A stretch of DNA of 47,548 nucleotides, taken from IMG/VR virus record IMGVR_UViG_3300037790_000016, positions 1-47,548 of that record; one strand, 5' to 3'. Origin of the DNA: a virus (Duplodnaviria; Caudoviricetes). Under the pieces are notes generated by a model, which had not been told where the DNA came from, did no database searches, and worked only from the letters and a program-made list of their open reading frames with translations. Positions 1 through 8,031 of this stretch are shown here, piece by piece; within the stretch, counting starts at the first letter, position 1, and the number at the start of each line of letters is the position of its first letter. The translations under genes were made by a program, and so were the position numbers.

Positions 1-127
1 CGAAAGAGGGGTTTTACTGTGCAGAAATTGTGCAGATTTAGAGTTAATTAGAGTGTTTTGGAGGTAGTCTGAAACCTCGCAAACCTTTGGGAGCGTTGAC
101 ATATATGAACGTTATTATTTTGGGCAC
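1..127. repeat. Exact 127-bp direct repeat, copy 1 (attP-like junction: phage right end + core joined to the int end)
   Basis: Identical to 46230-46356; sequences diverge after ...TTATTATTTTGGGCAC. Confidence 0.95.
16..39 (+). promoter_or_regulatory. Putative integrase arm-type binding sites (tandem TGTGCA repeats)
   Basis: ACTGTGCAGAAATTGTGCAGATTT matches 189-212 at 21/24 positions, on the other side of the crossover region. Confidence 0.7.
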
Positions 128-188
128 GAATACGAATAGATTTTATAAGCTATTGAATGTAAATAAGATACAGGGAATACAGTAAATA

Positions 189-212
189 ACTGTGCAATTA
201 TTGTGCAGATTT
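189..212 (+). promoter_or_regulatory. Putative integrase arm-type binding sites overlapping the int stop codon
   Basis: ACTGTGCAATTATTGTGCAGATTT, near-copy of 16-39. Confidence 0.7.
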
Positions 213-1166
213 TTTTTGATTTATGATAGTTTCGTTCAATTTTTGAGATTTTAGAGCTTCGAGATAATGCTTTTCCATTACCTTAATTGTATGCCCAAAT
301 ATTTGAGACGCTATATTCAGTTGCATACCACTTATAATATGAGAATTGATTGCATACTTACGAAAACTATGAAAAGCTACATTACGTCTTTTTGTATTTG
401 TTTTCTTTAATGCTTTATTCAGTTCCCATTTTAAAGAGTCGTAAGAACGGTTAGCAGGTTTTAAATATTTCCTCACCTCTGGGAATGCTTTTAATGGGAA
501 AATACGCTCTTTAGAACCCTTACCGTGAATTACTAAGTGGTCTTTTAGTATATCCTCTTCTTTAATAGATAATACTTCATTAATTCTCATTCCAGTAAGA
601 GTTATTAGTTTTACTACTCTGTAAAGCTCCCCACCTTCAATAGCATCTAATATAGCATCTACTTCGTTATCTGAGAGGAAGCCAGTTTTAACAGTAACTA
701 CTTTAGGAATAAGGGATTTTTTAATAGGGTTTTTATCTACGTATTCGTACTCAATACCAAATTCAAAAAAGTGGTGTACCGTACCAATATACATAGATAG
801 AGTGTTATTACTATAATGAGACTCGGATTTTACTTTTATAACATGTTCACGAATTGCGACACTATCTGAAAGAGTAAAGTTCTTAGTTAGGAATGTATTT
901 AAAGCCCGCAACACAGATTCTTTCCGTTTTGGTTTAAGCTTACTTATATATAGCTCTTCGTATAACTCTTTGAGGTCAGCTACGGTCTTATCTGAAGAGT
1001 AAAGCTGTCTATACCTATCTTCAGCAATTCTAAGAGCAAATTGTCGGTTTGCTTGTTTCCATTTCAGATTAGTTGACTTCCTATCTCCCTTAACAGATGT
1101 ATAGACCACACCGTTACGGTTATAGCAAAAGCAATGATTAAATAGTTTTGATTTCCACTTTTCCAT
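198..1166 (-). CDS. int: Tyrosine recombinase / phage integrase
   Basis: TGMRINE (R), HGKGSKER (K), FHSFRK (HxxR), FGHT (H), HY (Y); adjacent to att. Confidence 0.95.
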   Translation of the reverse strand: MEKWKSKLFNHCFCYNRNGVVYTSVKGDRKSTNLKWKQANRQFALRIAEDRYRQLYSSDKTVADLKELYEELYISKLKPKRKESVLRALNTFLTKNFTLSDSVAIREHVIKVKSESHYSNNTLSMYIGTVHHFFEFGIEYEYVDKNPIKKSLIPKVVTVKTGFLSDNEVDAILDAIEGGELYRVVKLITLTGMRINEVLSIKEEDILKDHLVIHGKGSKERIFPLKAFPEVRKYLKPANRSYDSLKWELNKALKKTNTKRRNVAFHSFRKYAINSHIISGMQLNIASQIFGHTIKVMEKHYLEALKSQKLNETIINQKKSAQ

Positions 1167-1169
1167 AAT

Positions 1170-1212
1170 AAAAAATAGAGGTGGCTAAGGTTTAGGGAAT
1201 ATAGCCACCTCT
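1170..1212 (-). terminator. Intrinsic terminator between cI and int
   Basis: Perfect 11-bp stem AGAGGTGGCTA (1177-1187) / TAGCCACCTCT (1202-1212) followed by a U-tract on the minus strand. Confidence 0.8.
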
Positions 1213-1232
1213 GGGAGTCCTCTTTGATTGCC

Positions 1233-1253
1233 AGTTACAATGGAGATAAAAGA
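1233..1253 (+). repeat. 21-bp sequence AGTTACAATGGAGATAAAAGA, repeated at 5339-5359; partial copies at 10245-10261 and 3738-3748
   Basis: Direct sequence identity. Confidence 0.9.
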
Positions 1254-1259
1254 GGTGTA

Positions 1260-2141
1260 TTATATCGTTTTGTTATAATAATAAGTAACGACTCCTACAA
1301 TTTTGCATTCATCGTCATAGTTTTCTTTTAATGGTAGTGTAAGACCGTCCGCTGAGTGTAACTCTATCTTCCCATCCTTTTCGATGTATTGCTTAACTAA
1401 AAGATTACCATTCAACATAGCAACTACAAAGTTACCAGATTTTGGTTCTAACTCTTTATTAAACACTACTATAGTTCCTTCGGTCATCCCATAATTGACC
1501 ATAGAATTACCAGATACTCTAATAGCTCCGAAGCTCTCAGCTTCGCCCTTAACTCCAGTCATTGTGTTTATCGTCCCATTTGCGTAATCCTCCAAATTTG
1601 GTATAACAGTTGATGTATTTGCGTAAGCTACTTGGTTATATAGCGTTACGGTAGCAAAAAAGTCTTTGAATTTCAAAACCTCTTTCACGTCTATTTCGCT
1701 GTGAGGTACATACTCCATCGACCCTGTACCATCTCTGTACCATTCTGGATTGAGACCGAGCTTTTTTAACAAGCTAATTTGTTCGTAGTTAGAGAATACC
1801 CTGTTTAAGTTCAAATATTGATTAAGGTTCTGAGTAGTCATACCCATAGCATCAGCGAACGCCTTTTGTGAGTTAAACTTAGACTCAATAAAACGTCTCA
1901 ACCTCATTTGAGGGGTTTCGCTTGCGTCCATTTCTCCAACGCCATTGAGGTACCAAGTTGTATTCAAACCAGCGTTTCGTAGTTGCTCTAACTTCTCTCG
2001 AGTTGAGAAAACAAATCCTTGGTTTAAGTATTTGTTTAACATTTGCGGAGAATTGCCTAATTTTCGCGCAAAAGCGGAATTACTTTTAAACCTTTGTTTT
2101 ATAAAGTGTTTAAGACGTTCCTGTGGTGTGTCGAGTGCCAT
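1260..2141 (-). CDS. cI: CI/LexA-like repressor: two tandem XRE-HTH domains + S24 peptidase (probable start 2141; ORF track extends to 2183)
   Basis: Two ~68-aa HTH repeats ending in GLNxxWY..G.G.M; S24 motifs VSGNSM and LLVKQY; divergent from the early operon. Confidence 0.9.
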   Translation of the reverse strand: MALDTPQERLKHFIKQRFKSNSAFARKLGNSPQMLNKYLNQGFVFSTREKLEQLRNAGLNTTWYLNGVGEMDASETPQMRLRRFIESKFNSQKAFADAMGMTTQNLNQYLNLNRVFSNYEQISLLKKLGLNPEWYRDGTGSMEYVPHSEIDVKEVLKFKDFFATVTLYNQVAYANTSTVIPNLEDYANGTINTMTGVKGEAESFGAIRVSGNSMVNYGMTEGTIVVFNKELEPKSGNFVVAMLNGNLLVKQYIEKDGKIELHSADGLTLPLKENYDDECKIVGVVTYYYNKTI

Positions 2142-2176
2142 AATGTTAAAATTTTCATCAAAAAGTTTATAAATAA

Positions 2177-2208
2177 TTTGCATATTTAAACCAGATTGTT
2201 TAAGTTGT
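2177..2208 (+). promoter_or_regulatory. Early rightward promoter (PR-like), FCB-type -33/-7
   Basis: TTTG-N20-TAAGTTGT; spacer overlaps the operator palindrome. Confidence 0.6.
2186..2203. promoter_or_regulatory. Operator O1, TTAAAC-N6-GTTTAA
   Basis: TTAAACCAGATTGTTTAA palindrome in the cI/early intergenic region. Confidence 0.75.
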
Positions 2209-2238
2209 ATTCAGATATTTAAACAAGACAATAAAAGT

Positions 2239-2256
2239 TTAAACCAAACGGTTTAA
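2239..2256. promoter_or_regulatory. Operator O2, TTAAAC-N6-GTTTAA
   Basis: TTAAACCAAACGGTTTAA, same geometry as O1; an extra half-site at 2219-2224. Confidence 0.75.
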
Positions 2257-2282
2257 TTTCACTAACTAATAAAGGAGTTCAA

Positions 2283-2462
2283 ATGTCAGAGACTAAAGAG
2301 AAAAAAAAGCTACTTCAAGTCTATATATCACCAGCGACAAACAAGTTGCTATTAGACAAAGTAAAAAACACCAGTCCTAAAAAAACAAAATCAAAATTTG
2401 TTGAGGACATTCTGTTATTAGCTTTAACTGGTGACTATAAGAGTTTAATAAACCTTTATTAG
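2283..2462 (+). CDS. 59-aa ribbon-helix-helix-like regulator in the Cro position (not in the ORF track)
   Basis: AAGGAG RBS; MSETKEKKKLLQVYISPATNKLLLDKVKNTSPKKTKSKFVEDILLLALTGDYKSLINLY has a strand-helix-helix pattern. Confidence 0.7.
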   Translation: MSETKEKKKLLQVYISPATNKLLLDKVKNTSPKKTKSKFVEDILLLALTGDYKSLINLY

Positions 2463-2475
2463 TCAATTTATAAAC

Positions 2476-2507
2476 CCAACTTATATAATTATTTTATATA
2501 AAACAAA
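2476..2507 (-). promoter_or_regulatory. Possible leftward (PRE-like) promoter
   Basis: Minus-strand TTTG-N20-TAAGTTGG, same spacing and -7 box as PR. Confidence 0.4.
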
Positions 2508-2520
2508 TTCTATAAACAAT

Positions 2521-2733
2521 ATGCTTAAAAATAATTTTGAAAAGCTGGTTAAGAAGAACGACCCTGAGTATTGGTCAACTTCTATTAAAGTGGATTATGA
2601 ATACAAAGAGAAGTGGGAAGACATACAAAGACACTATAATAAACTAATGGAGTCAGCACCGTCGAAAGCTGATGTTTTTAGAAATGCAATAGATATAATA
2701 CATGGAGAATTATATGGAAATACTAACAACTAA
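2521..2733 (+). CDS. Small DNA-binding protein, RHH-like
   Basis: TSIKV...EKWEDIQ...PSKADVFRNAI pattern. Confidence 0.55.
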   Translation: MLKNNFEKLVKKNDPEYWSTSIKVDYEYKEKWEDIQRHYNKLMESAPSKADVFRNAIDIIHGELYGNTNN

Positions 2734-2902
2734 AAAAGCTTCAGAATTGTACGGACAAACCCCGTCATTTTACAGGAAGCTTATCAACTCTGGGAAGTTA
2801 GAAGCTTGGAGTACAAATCCTAAGTATTTTCTTAGGTCAGATTTAGAGAAAACATTAAACAAACTAAAAGAACCGAATAAGGTGGGAGATATAAAATGGT
2901 AG
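2714..2902 (+). CDS. Excisionase-like HTH protein
   Basis: ILTTKKASELYG.TPSFYRKLINSGKLEA...YFLRSDL is typical of HTH_17/Xis; GGAG RBS before 2714. Confidence 0.75.
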   Translation: MEILTTKKASELYGQTPSFYRKLINSGKLEAWSTNPKYFLRSDLEKTLNKLKEPNKVGDIKW

Positions 2903-3198
2903 AAATAAAAAAAGCCCCCGAAGAGGCTAACGATATAATGCAAGATATGATAAAGTATGCAGAAAACCAAATTAAAAAACTAAGTGTGGAAAATAAAGCT
3001 TTATTAAGTGATATTTCAAACAGGATATTTAATGAAGTAGAGCCACGCTCTTTTGATGAGATGGTATTTCTAATCACTTTCAACGTGTGCAAAATGAAGA
3101 TGAGAAATGATAATCACGATACGCATAAACTGATTTTAGCAGATACTTTCACTCATTTTTCAACTTTCAAAGAGGTCTGGAATGGAAACAATAGCTAA
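2896..3198 (+). CDS. Hypothetical early protein
   Basis: ORF with RBS, overlaps neighbours. Confidence 0.65.
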   Translation: MVEIKKAPEEANDIMQDMIKYAENQIKKLSVENKALLSDISNRIFNEVEPRSFDEMVFLITFNVCKMKMRNDNHDTHKLILADTFTHFSTFKEVWNGNNS

Positions 3199-3460
3199 CA
3201 TAATACATAAGATTGCTGAGATTAAGGAAATAGCTGACAGACAAGGTCTTTTAAGAATTGCACAATGGGACGGTAAATTCAACGATGAGACCGAAGTGTT
3301 TAACGCTATTGTAAGCATTAACGGCTTTTATAAGAGTTTAGTAATAACTAAGAATGACAATATACTACTAATGAATGAAGAGCATACAACTATAAGGCAA
3401 ATAGCAAAAGAGTTAGAAGTTATGAGAGATTATCTGGAGTTTGAAAATGCCGTTATTTAA
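3182..3460 (+). CDS. Hypothetical early protein
   Basis: ORF in a tightly packed operon. Confidence 0.65.
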   Translation: METIANIIHKIAEIKEIADRQGLLRIAQWDGKFNDETEVFNAIVSINGFYKSLVITKNDNILLMNEEHTTIRQIAKELEVMRDYLEFENAVI

Positions 3461-3677
3461 AGACACTTTCGACTGGGCTGTAGATAAGTTCAAAGATTAC
3501 AAAGTAGTACCATACTATGATAATAAAGTCAATTTTGGCAATGTAATTATAAGAGTTGGTACTGATGAGATAAGATTATTTGGATGCAACGAATTAGTTA
3601 CAGGAAAGATAAACAACCGAAAAATAAAAGATGTTAAAAAAGAGCTGAGGGAGTTCTACAATGCAAAGCACAATTAA
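3447..3677 (+). CDS. Hypothetical early protein
   Basis: GGAG RBS before ATG 3447. Confidence 0.6.
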   Translation: MPLFKDTFDWAVDKFKDYKVVPYYDNKVNFGNVIIRVGTDEIRLFGCNELVTGKINNRKIKDVKKELREFYNAKHN

Positions 3678-3741
3678 AGAATACATAACACTAAGAATAT
3701 GGAAAATATATATTTACTTCAAATAAAAAGGGAGACGTACA

Positions 3742-3843
3742 ATGGAGAATACAAAACAACTAATGGATTTTGTAAGTGATTTAGCTTATGAAGCTCAAAA
3801 AGAGTTAGAACAAGATATTAAAACTGCAAGGGGTCAAAAATGA
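3742..3843 (+). CDS. 33-aa small ORF coupled to the ERF gene
   Basis: AGGGAG RBS; MENTKQLMDFVSDLAYEAQKELEQDIKTARGQK; ATGA overlap with 3840. Confidence 0.5.
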   Translation: MENTKQLMDFVSDLAYEAQKELEQDIKTARGQK

Positions 3844-4415
3844 GTGTAGCAAAAAAGATTTTTAAGATTAAAAATGAATTGTCTTCAATTTATAGAAATG
3901 CAGATGGGTATAAATTCAAATACCCAACTCTGACAACTATAAAGAATGAAATAGACCCAAGATTAGAAGCTGAGGGAGTAGTTATAATACCGTCAATTCA
4001 GGATATAACTGATAATATCTATACTTTTATAGTAGATGTAATTGATGTTAATGACGATGACTCGCTACAATTAACTTTTACAGTTAAGGGAGATACCCAA
4101 CAACAAAATAGCGTCCAAAGCTCAGGAGCTACAATGTCTTATATGCAAAGGTATATACCAAAATTACTATTTGATTTGGACTTTGTAGACGATGACCCAG
4201 ATCATAAGAAAAATTCTACTCCCAAAAAGCAAGCGGAGGGAGTTAAGACATTTAAAGAGCAGTTAAAGACTTACTGTAATAGGAATAAGATAGAGCTAGA
4301 CCAAGCCGCTAAAGTAATGAAAGAGGTAGCAAACAAGACTAAAGCGAGTGAACTAACTCAAAAAGAGTACAACGCTGTAATTAACAAGTTAGACACAATG
4401 CAGAGGACTAACTAA
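3840..4415 (+). CDS. erf: ERF-family single-strand annealing protein
   Basis: GYKFKYPTL, QSSGATMSYMQRY and DDDPD motifs. Confidence 0.85.
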   Translation: MSVAKKIFKIKNELSSIYRNADGYKFKYPTLTTIKNEIDPRLEAEGVVIIPSIQDITDNIYTFIVDVIDVNDDDSLQLTFTVKGDTQQQNSVQSSGATMSYMQRYIPKLLFDLDFVDDDPDHKKNSTPKKQAEGVKTFKEQLKTYCNRNKIELDQAAKVMKEVANKTKASELTQKEYNAVINKLDTMQRTN

Positions 4416-4609
4416 TGAGTTTAGACCGTGAGCAAATAATGGAATTACTTAACGATAGAAGAGAACAGCATAAAGACGCAGTAAGTTATGTATTTTCTCA
4501 ACCTGCAGAAATTAGAGATATGCAAAAGCTGTTTATTTATACGGCACTGGAAAATGAGCTGACTAATATAATATGCGAAATTGAATTAACTGAGGGTAAT
4601 CACGAATGA
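4415..4609 (+). CDS. Hypothetical protein
   Basis: Coupled start/stop codons. Confidence 0.6.
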   Translation: MSLDREQIMELLNDRREQHKDAVSYVFSQPAEIRDMQKLFIYTALENELTNIICEIELTEGNHE

Positions 4610-5340
4610 GTACAATAACAGCACCTAAGCAAAAAGAAATAGACTACTACGATAGACCAGAAATTAGCCACTCTAAGCTAAAGAAATTACAAGTGAGTTA
4701 TAATGAGTTTTTAAAGCCGTTTGATAGTATCAGTGAACCTATGATTATGGGTTCTTTAATGGACGAAGCCGTATTAGAGCCAGAGTTATACGCCACACGT
4801 GAAGAGTCTAAGTTAAAGACTGTAACGTCAAAGGGATTTTTAGAAGAGTATAAAGAAAAGGGTTTGATAATCCCAAATGGTAAAAAAGACAAGATAGATA
4901 ATGCTGTAAAAATAGTGAAAAATCACCCACTCTATTATCTATTAGAGGGAGATGTTCAAACTGAAATATACGAAACTTTGAACGGTGAGCCGTGTAAGAG
5001 CAAATTAGATGTCTTGAACTTAGATAGAAGCCGTATAATCGACTTTAAAACGACTTCTAAGGACTTAAGCGACATTACACCTTACTATTGGGTTAGAAAT
5101 TGGTTCTATCATACTCAGTTAGCTTTTTATCGTCAAATGGTGAGCAAAGCATACGGTATTAATGCTGAGTGTTATTTATTTGTTTACAGCTGGTCTAATG
5201 AAGATGTAAGAGTATTCCAACTATCTGAAGACACACTTAGTGAAGCTGATAGAATTATAGACGGTTGGTTTGACAAATTAGCAAATGTAAAGATAGACGG
5301 TGCTTTTAAGGGAATGAGTGCCGAAGTAGAAATTATTTAG
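4606..5340 (+). CDS. PD-(D/E)XK exonuclease (RecE/ExoVIII, DUF3799-like)
   Basis: ISHSKLK, CKSKLD, IIDFKTT, YHTQLAFY; next to ERF. Confidence 0.85.
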   Translation: MSTITAPKQKEIDYYDRPEISHSKLKKLQVSYNEFLKPFDSISEPMIMGSLMDEAVLEPELYATREESKLKTVTSKGFLEEYKEKGLIIPNGKKDKIDNAVKIVKNHPLYYLLEGDVQTEIYETLNGEPCKSKLDVLNLDRSRIIDFKTTSKDLSDITPYYWVRNWFYHTQLAFYRQMVSKAYGINAECYLFVYSWSNEDVRVFQLSEDTLSEADRIIDGWFDKLANVKIDGAFKGMSAEVEII

Positions 5341-5359
5341 TTACAATGGAGATAAAAGA

Positions 5360-6100
5360 ATGAAATTAGTAAACTTACTAGCTTCGAGTCATTACAATAT
5401 ATACAATAAAGAAATAGCGAGGAAATATGGAGTATTAACTTCAATTATTCTATCTCAATTATGTTCTATGAGTGATAATTTAGCTGGTGAAGACGGTTGG
5501 TTTTTTTGCTCAGCTGACACTATGGAAAATGAAACCACTATATCAGCATATAAACAAGCCAAATGCTATAAGAAACTAGAGGAAGCTGGTTTAATTGAGA
5601 CTAAATTAAAAGGATTACCAGCAATTAAACACTTTAGAATAAAAGACCTTACCATATTACTAGAGGATTTAGAAACAACAACCAAAACTACTAAAAAACA
5701 AGATTTCAAGAAACTTGAAAACTTATATAAAGAAACTTCAAAACAAGATGTCAAGAAACTTGACACTATTAATATAACTAATCAATATAATAATCAATAT
5801 AAAGATAATAGGGTCTCTTTTAAAAAATTCCTTGAGGTATATCCGAGTAATAGAGATGAGCAAAAAGCATATTCAGTATTCCATAGCTTTTTAAATGAAG
5901 AGGAAAAGCAAAAAGCAATAGATAAAATACCAATCTATTTAAAATACTTAGAAGTATCTGAAACACAAAAGTTTTTAAAAGCACCAGCTAACTACTTAAA
6001 AGATAAGACATTCAATACTGACTGGGAAAAAGAGATTGGTAGAATACAGAAATACAGTAAAGAGCCAGAACCTAACTCACGGTTTAAGGAGGTTCTGTGA
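5360..6100 (+). CDS. Phage replication initiator
   Basis: N-terminal wHTH (DGWFFCS...ET.IS...Q), low-complexity linker with iterons, C-terminal F...YP..K..A..YL domain; precedes DnaB. Confidence 0.8.
   Translation: MKLVNLLASSHYNIYNKEIARKYGVLTSIILSQLCSMSDNLAGEDGWFFCSADTMENETTISAYKQAKCYKKLEEAGLIETKLKGLPAIKHFRIKDLTILLEDLETTTKTTKKQDFKKLENLYKETSKQDVKKLDTINITNQYNNQYKDNRVSFKKFLEVYPSNRDEQKAYSVFHSFLNEEEKQKAIDKIPIYLKYLEVSETQKFLKAPANYLKDKTFNTDWEKEIGRIQKYSKEPEPNSRFKEVL
5695..5802. repeat. Putative replication origin (iterons + AT-rich repeats)
   Basis: AAAACAAGAT(T/G)TCAAGAAACTTGA at 5695-5718 and 5740-5763 (each with the TCAAG-AAA-CTTGA palindrome); AAGAAACTT between them; TAATCAATATAA twice at 5779-5802. 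Confidence 0.75.
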
Positions 6101-7464
6101 GTATTGCGAACCTATTGAACAACGTAAGACCTCACACAAAGGAATATGAGAAGCTCTTAATTAGTGCTTTGATGCAAAAGCCAGATACTATAAAAGAGTA
6201 TTACGATTTCTTAACTCCTGAGATGTTTTACGATATAAAATACTCTAAGATATACTCAATAATTTTAGATATGTATAATGCTGGCGAGGATATCAATCTA
6301 ATAACATTATCTGAAAAGCTTAGACGCTCTGGGGATTTAGACAAGATTGGTGGACGTGCTTATTTAGCTTCACTATTAAAAGAGTTTTTATCTACGGTAG
6401 AGGTTAAGTCAAAAGCTATGGATGTTTACTATTTCTATCTAAAACGACAATTTATAGATAAGACTGGCAATGTATTAGAAAAGGCTTTTAACTCGAATTC
6501 TAACCTAATTGATATATATAATGATATTGCAAATATAACAGCTGACTTGCAAACAAAAATAGATATTGAGGAAAATCAAAGCGAAATAGAGAAAATAGAA
6601 GCCGTAAGAGCTGAGACCTTAGACATTATTAGAGGTATTAAACCGAGAATAGATACACCGTTTGCAGATGTAAACAAATTCTCATTTTTCTTAACTGGGG
6701 AAGTCCTAACTATAGCGGCTAGACCACGAATGGGTAAGACGGCACTTGCACTAACTTTAGCAGAACATTGGAGTAAGAATTACAAAGTCTATATAGCTTC
6801 GTTGGAAATGAAAGAGGAAGCATTGATTAAAAGGCGTATGAGTTACCACTCTGGGGAGTCGATGTATGATATACACCATAGCGAAGACGCTCTAAACAAA
6901 GCGACTGATGAGCTAATTAGAAGCACAAACGGTAATATTATAATTGATGACCGCTCTGAGATATGCTATGAGAATTTAGCAGGTGTAGCTCGAAAAGCTA
7001 AGGATATGGGATGTACTATGATGTTTATTGACTTTATTCAGTTACTACCATCAAAGATAACAGACGAAGTAGCAAAGATAACAAACGCAATTCGATTAGT
7101 ACAAAGGTTAGCTAAGCAATTTGATTTATTAATGATACCACTTGCACAATTAAATAGAGATGCTGAAGGTTCTAATAACTATCAAATGAAACACCTCAAA
7201 GGGTCAGGAGCTATTGAGGAAGCGTCTAACCATATTTGGTTTTTAGATAGACCAGAAGTAAGCTCACCAGATAAGAGTATAACAGTTAAGGGAGATACTA
7301 TACCACCAGAGGGTATAGCGAAATTAATGACAATTAAGAATAAGAACGGAGCTTCAGATATGTTGACTTGGCTAATATACAATAAGGAAGCTATGAAATT
7401 TGAAAACTATTTAAGCACCTCGCAATGGGAGTCCAGAGGTGGCGAAATTACAAGTAATTTTTAG
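6097..7464 (+). CDS. dnaB: Replicative DNA helicase, DnaB family
   Basis: DnaB N-domain (KIGGRAYL), AARPRMGKT Walker A, SLEM, IDFIQL, LAQLNR, GSGAIEE. Confidence 0.95.
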   Translation: MSIANLLNNVRPHTKEYEKLLISALMQKPDTIKEYYDFLTPEMFYDIKYSKIYSIILDMYNAGEDINLITLSEKLRRSGDLDKIGGRAYLASLLKEFLSTVEVKSKAMDVYYFYLKRQFIDKTGNVLEKAFNSNSNLIDIYNDIANITADLQTKIDIEENQSEIEKIEAVRAETLDIIRGIKPRIDTPFADVNKFSFFLTGEVLTIAARPRMGKTALALTLAEHWSKNYKVYIASLEMKEEALIKRRMSYHSGESMYDIHHSEDALNKATDELIRSTNGNIIIDDRSEICYENLAGVARKAKDMGCTMMFIDFIQLLPSKITDEVAKITNAIRLVQRLAKQFDLLMIPLAQLNRDAEGSNNYQMKHLKGSGAIEEASNHIWFLDRPEVSSPDKSITVKGDTIPPEGIAKLMTIKNKNGASDMLTWLIYNKEAMKFENYLSTSQWESRGGEITSNF

Positions 7465-7474
7465 GGAGATTATA

Positions 7475-7657
7475 ATGTACGTAACAAAACACAATGAACT
7501 AATAAGAGCAAAGAACAGATACGTAAGGGAGTACTGTAAAAAAGAGGGCTGGGAGCGTTCACTATTGAAACATGACCAGATAGAAGAGATACGCCAAAGC
7601 AAAGGCTATAAAGAAGTATCTAATAAAGTATCAAGAGGCGTTTATAATGAAAATTGA
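7475..7657 (+). CDS. Hypothetical protein
   Basis: AGGGAG RBS before ATG 7475. Confidence 0.55.
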   Translation: MYVTKHNELIRAKNRYVREYCKKEGWERSLLKHDQIEEIRQSKGYKEVSNKVSRGVYNEN

Positions 7658-8030
7658 TTTAAACACTATAAGCAAAGCAATTCACAAAGGTAACGTAAAG
7701 CAAGGCTTTTATGATGAGCCGAAGTCAATACCAGAGTTATTATGTTTAATACATAGTGAATTAAGTGAGGCTCTTGAGTCAGATAGAAAAAATATAGAAT
7801 GTACTCTAAGCAATACGGCTCTTTTAACATTGCTAAAGTTTGAAGACGATGACTATTTTAAAGAGCAATTCAAAAAAGAGGTTAAAGATAGTTTTGAAGA
7901 TGAGATTTCAGACGCTTTAATCCGATTATTTGACCTTTGCGGTTACTTAGATATAGATATTGACAAACATATAACAGCAAAGCTAAGGTATAACAGTTTA
8001 AGGGAATACAAACACGGTAAGAGGTATTGA
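7647..8030 (+). CDS. MazG-like nucleotide pyrophosphohydrolase
   Basis: LIHSELSEALE...DEISDALIRLFDL...KL.YN..R.YKHGK.Y. Confidence 0.8.
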   Translation: MKIDLNTISKAIHKGNVKQGFYDEPKSIPELLCLIHSELSEALESDRKNIECTLSNTALLTLLKFEDDDYFKEQFKKEVKDSFEDEISDALIRLFDLCGYLDIDIDKHITAKLRYNSLREYKHGKRY

Positions 8031-8031
8031 G

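Noticed and set aside
1-127. 127-bp repeat as the att core or a phage terminal repeat
   Set aside because: It starts at the window edge in the middle of a terminator hairpin and includes arm sites; the length matches an assembler k-mer. Only its right end marks the crossover boundary.
1945-2172. 75-aa plus-strand ORF as Cro
   Set aside because: Lies antisense inside cI; the first early gene is more likely 2283..2462.
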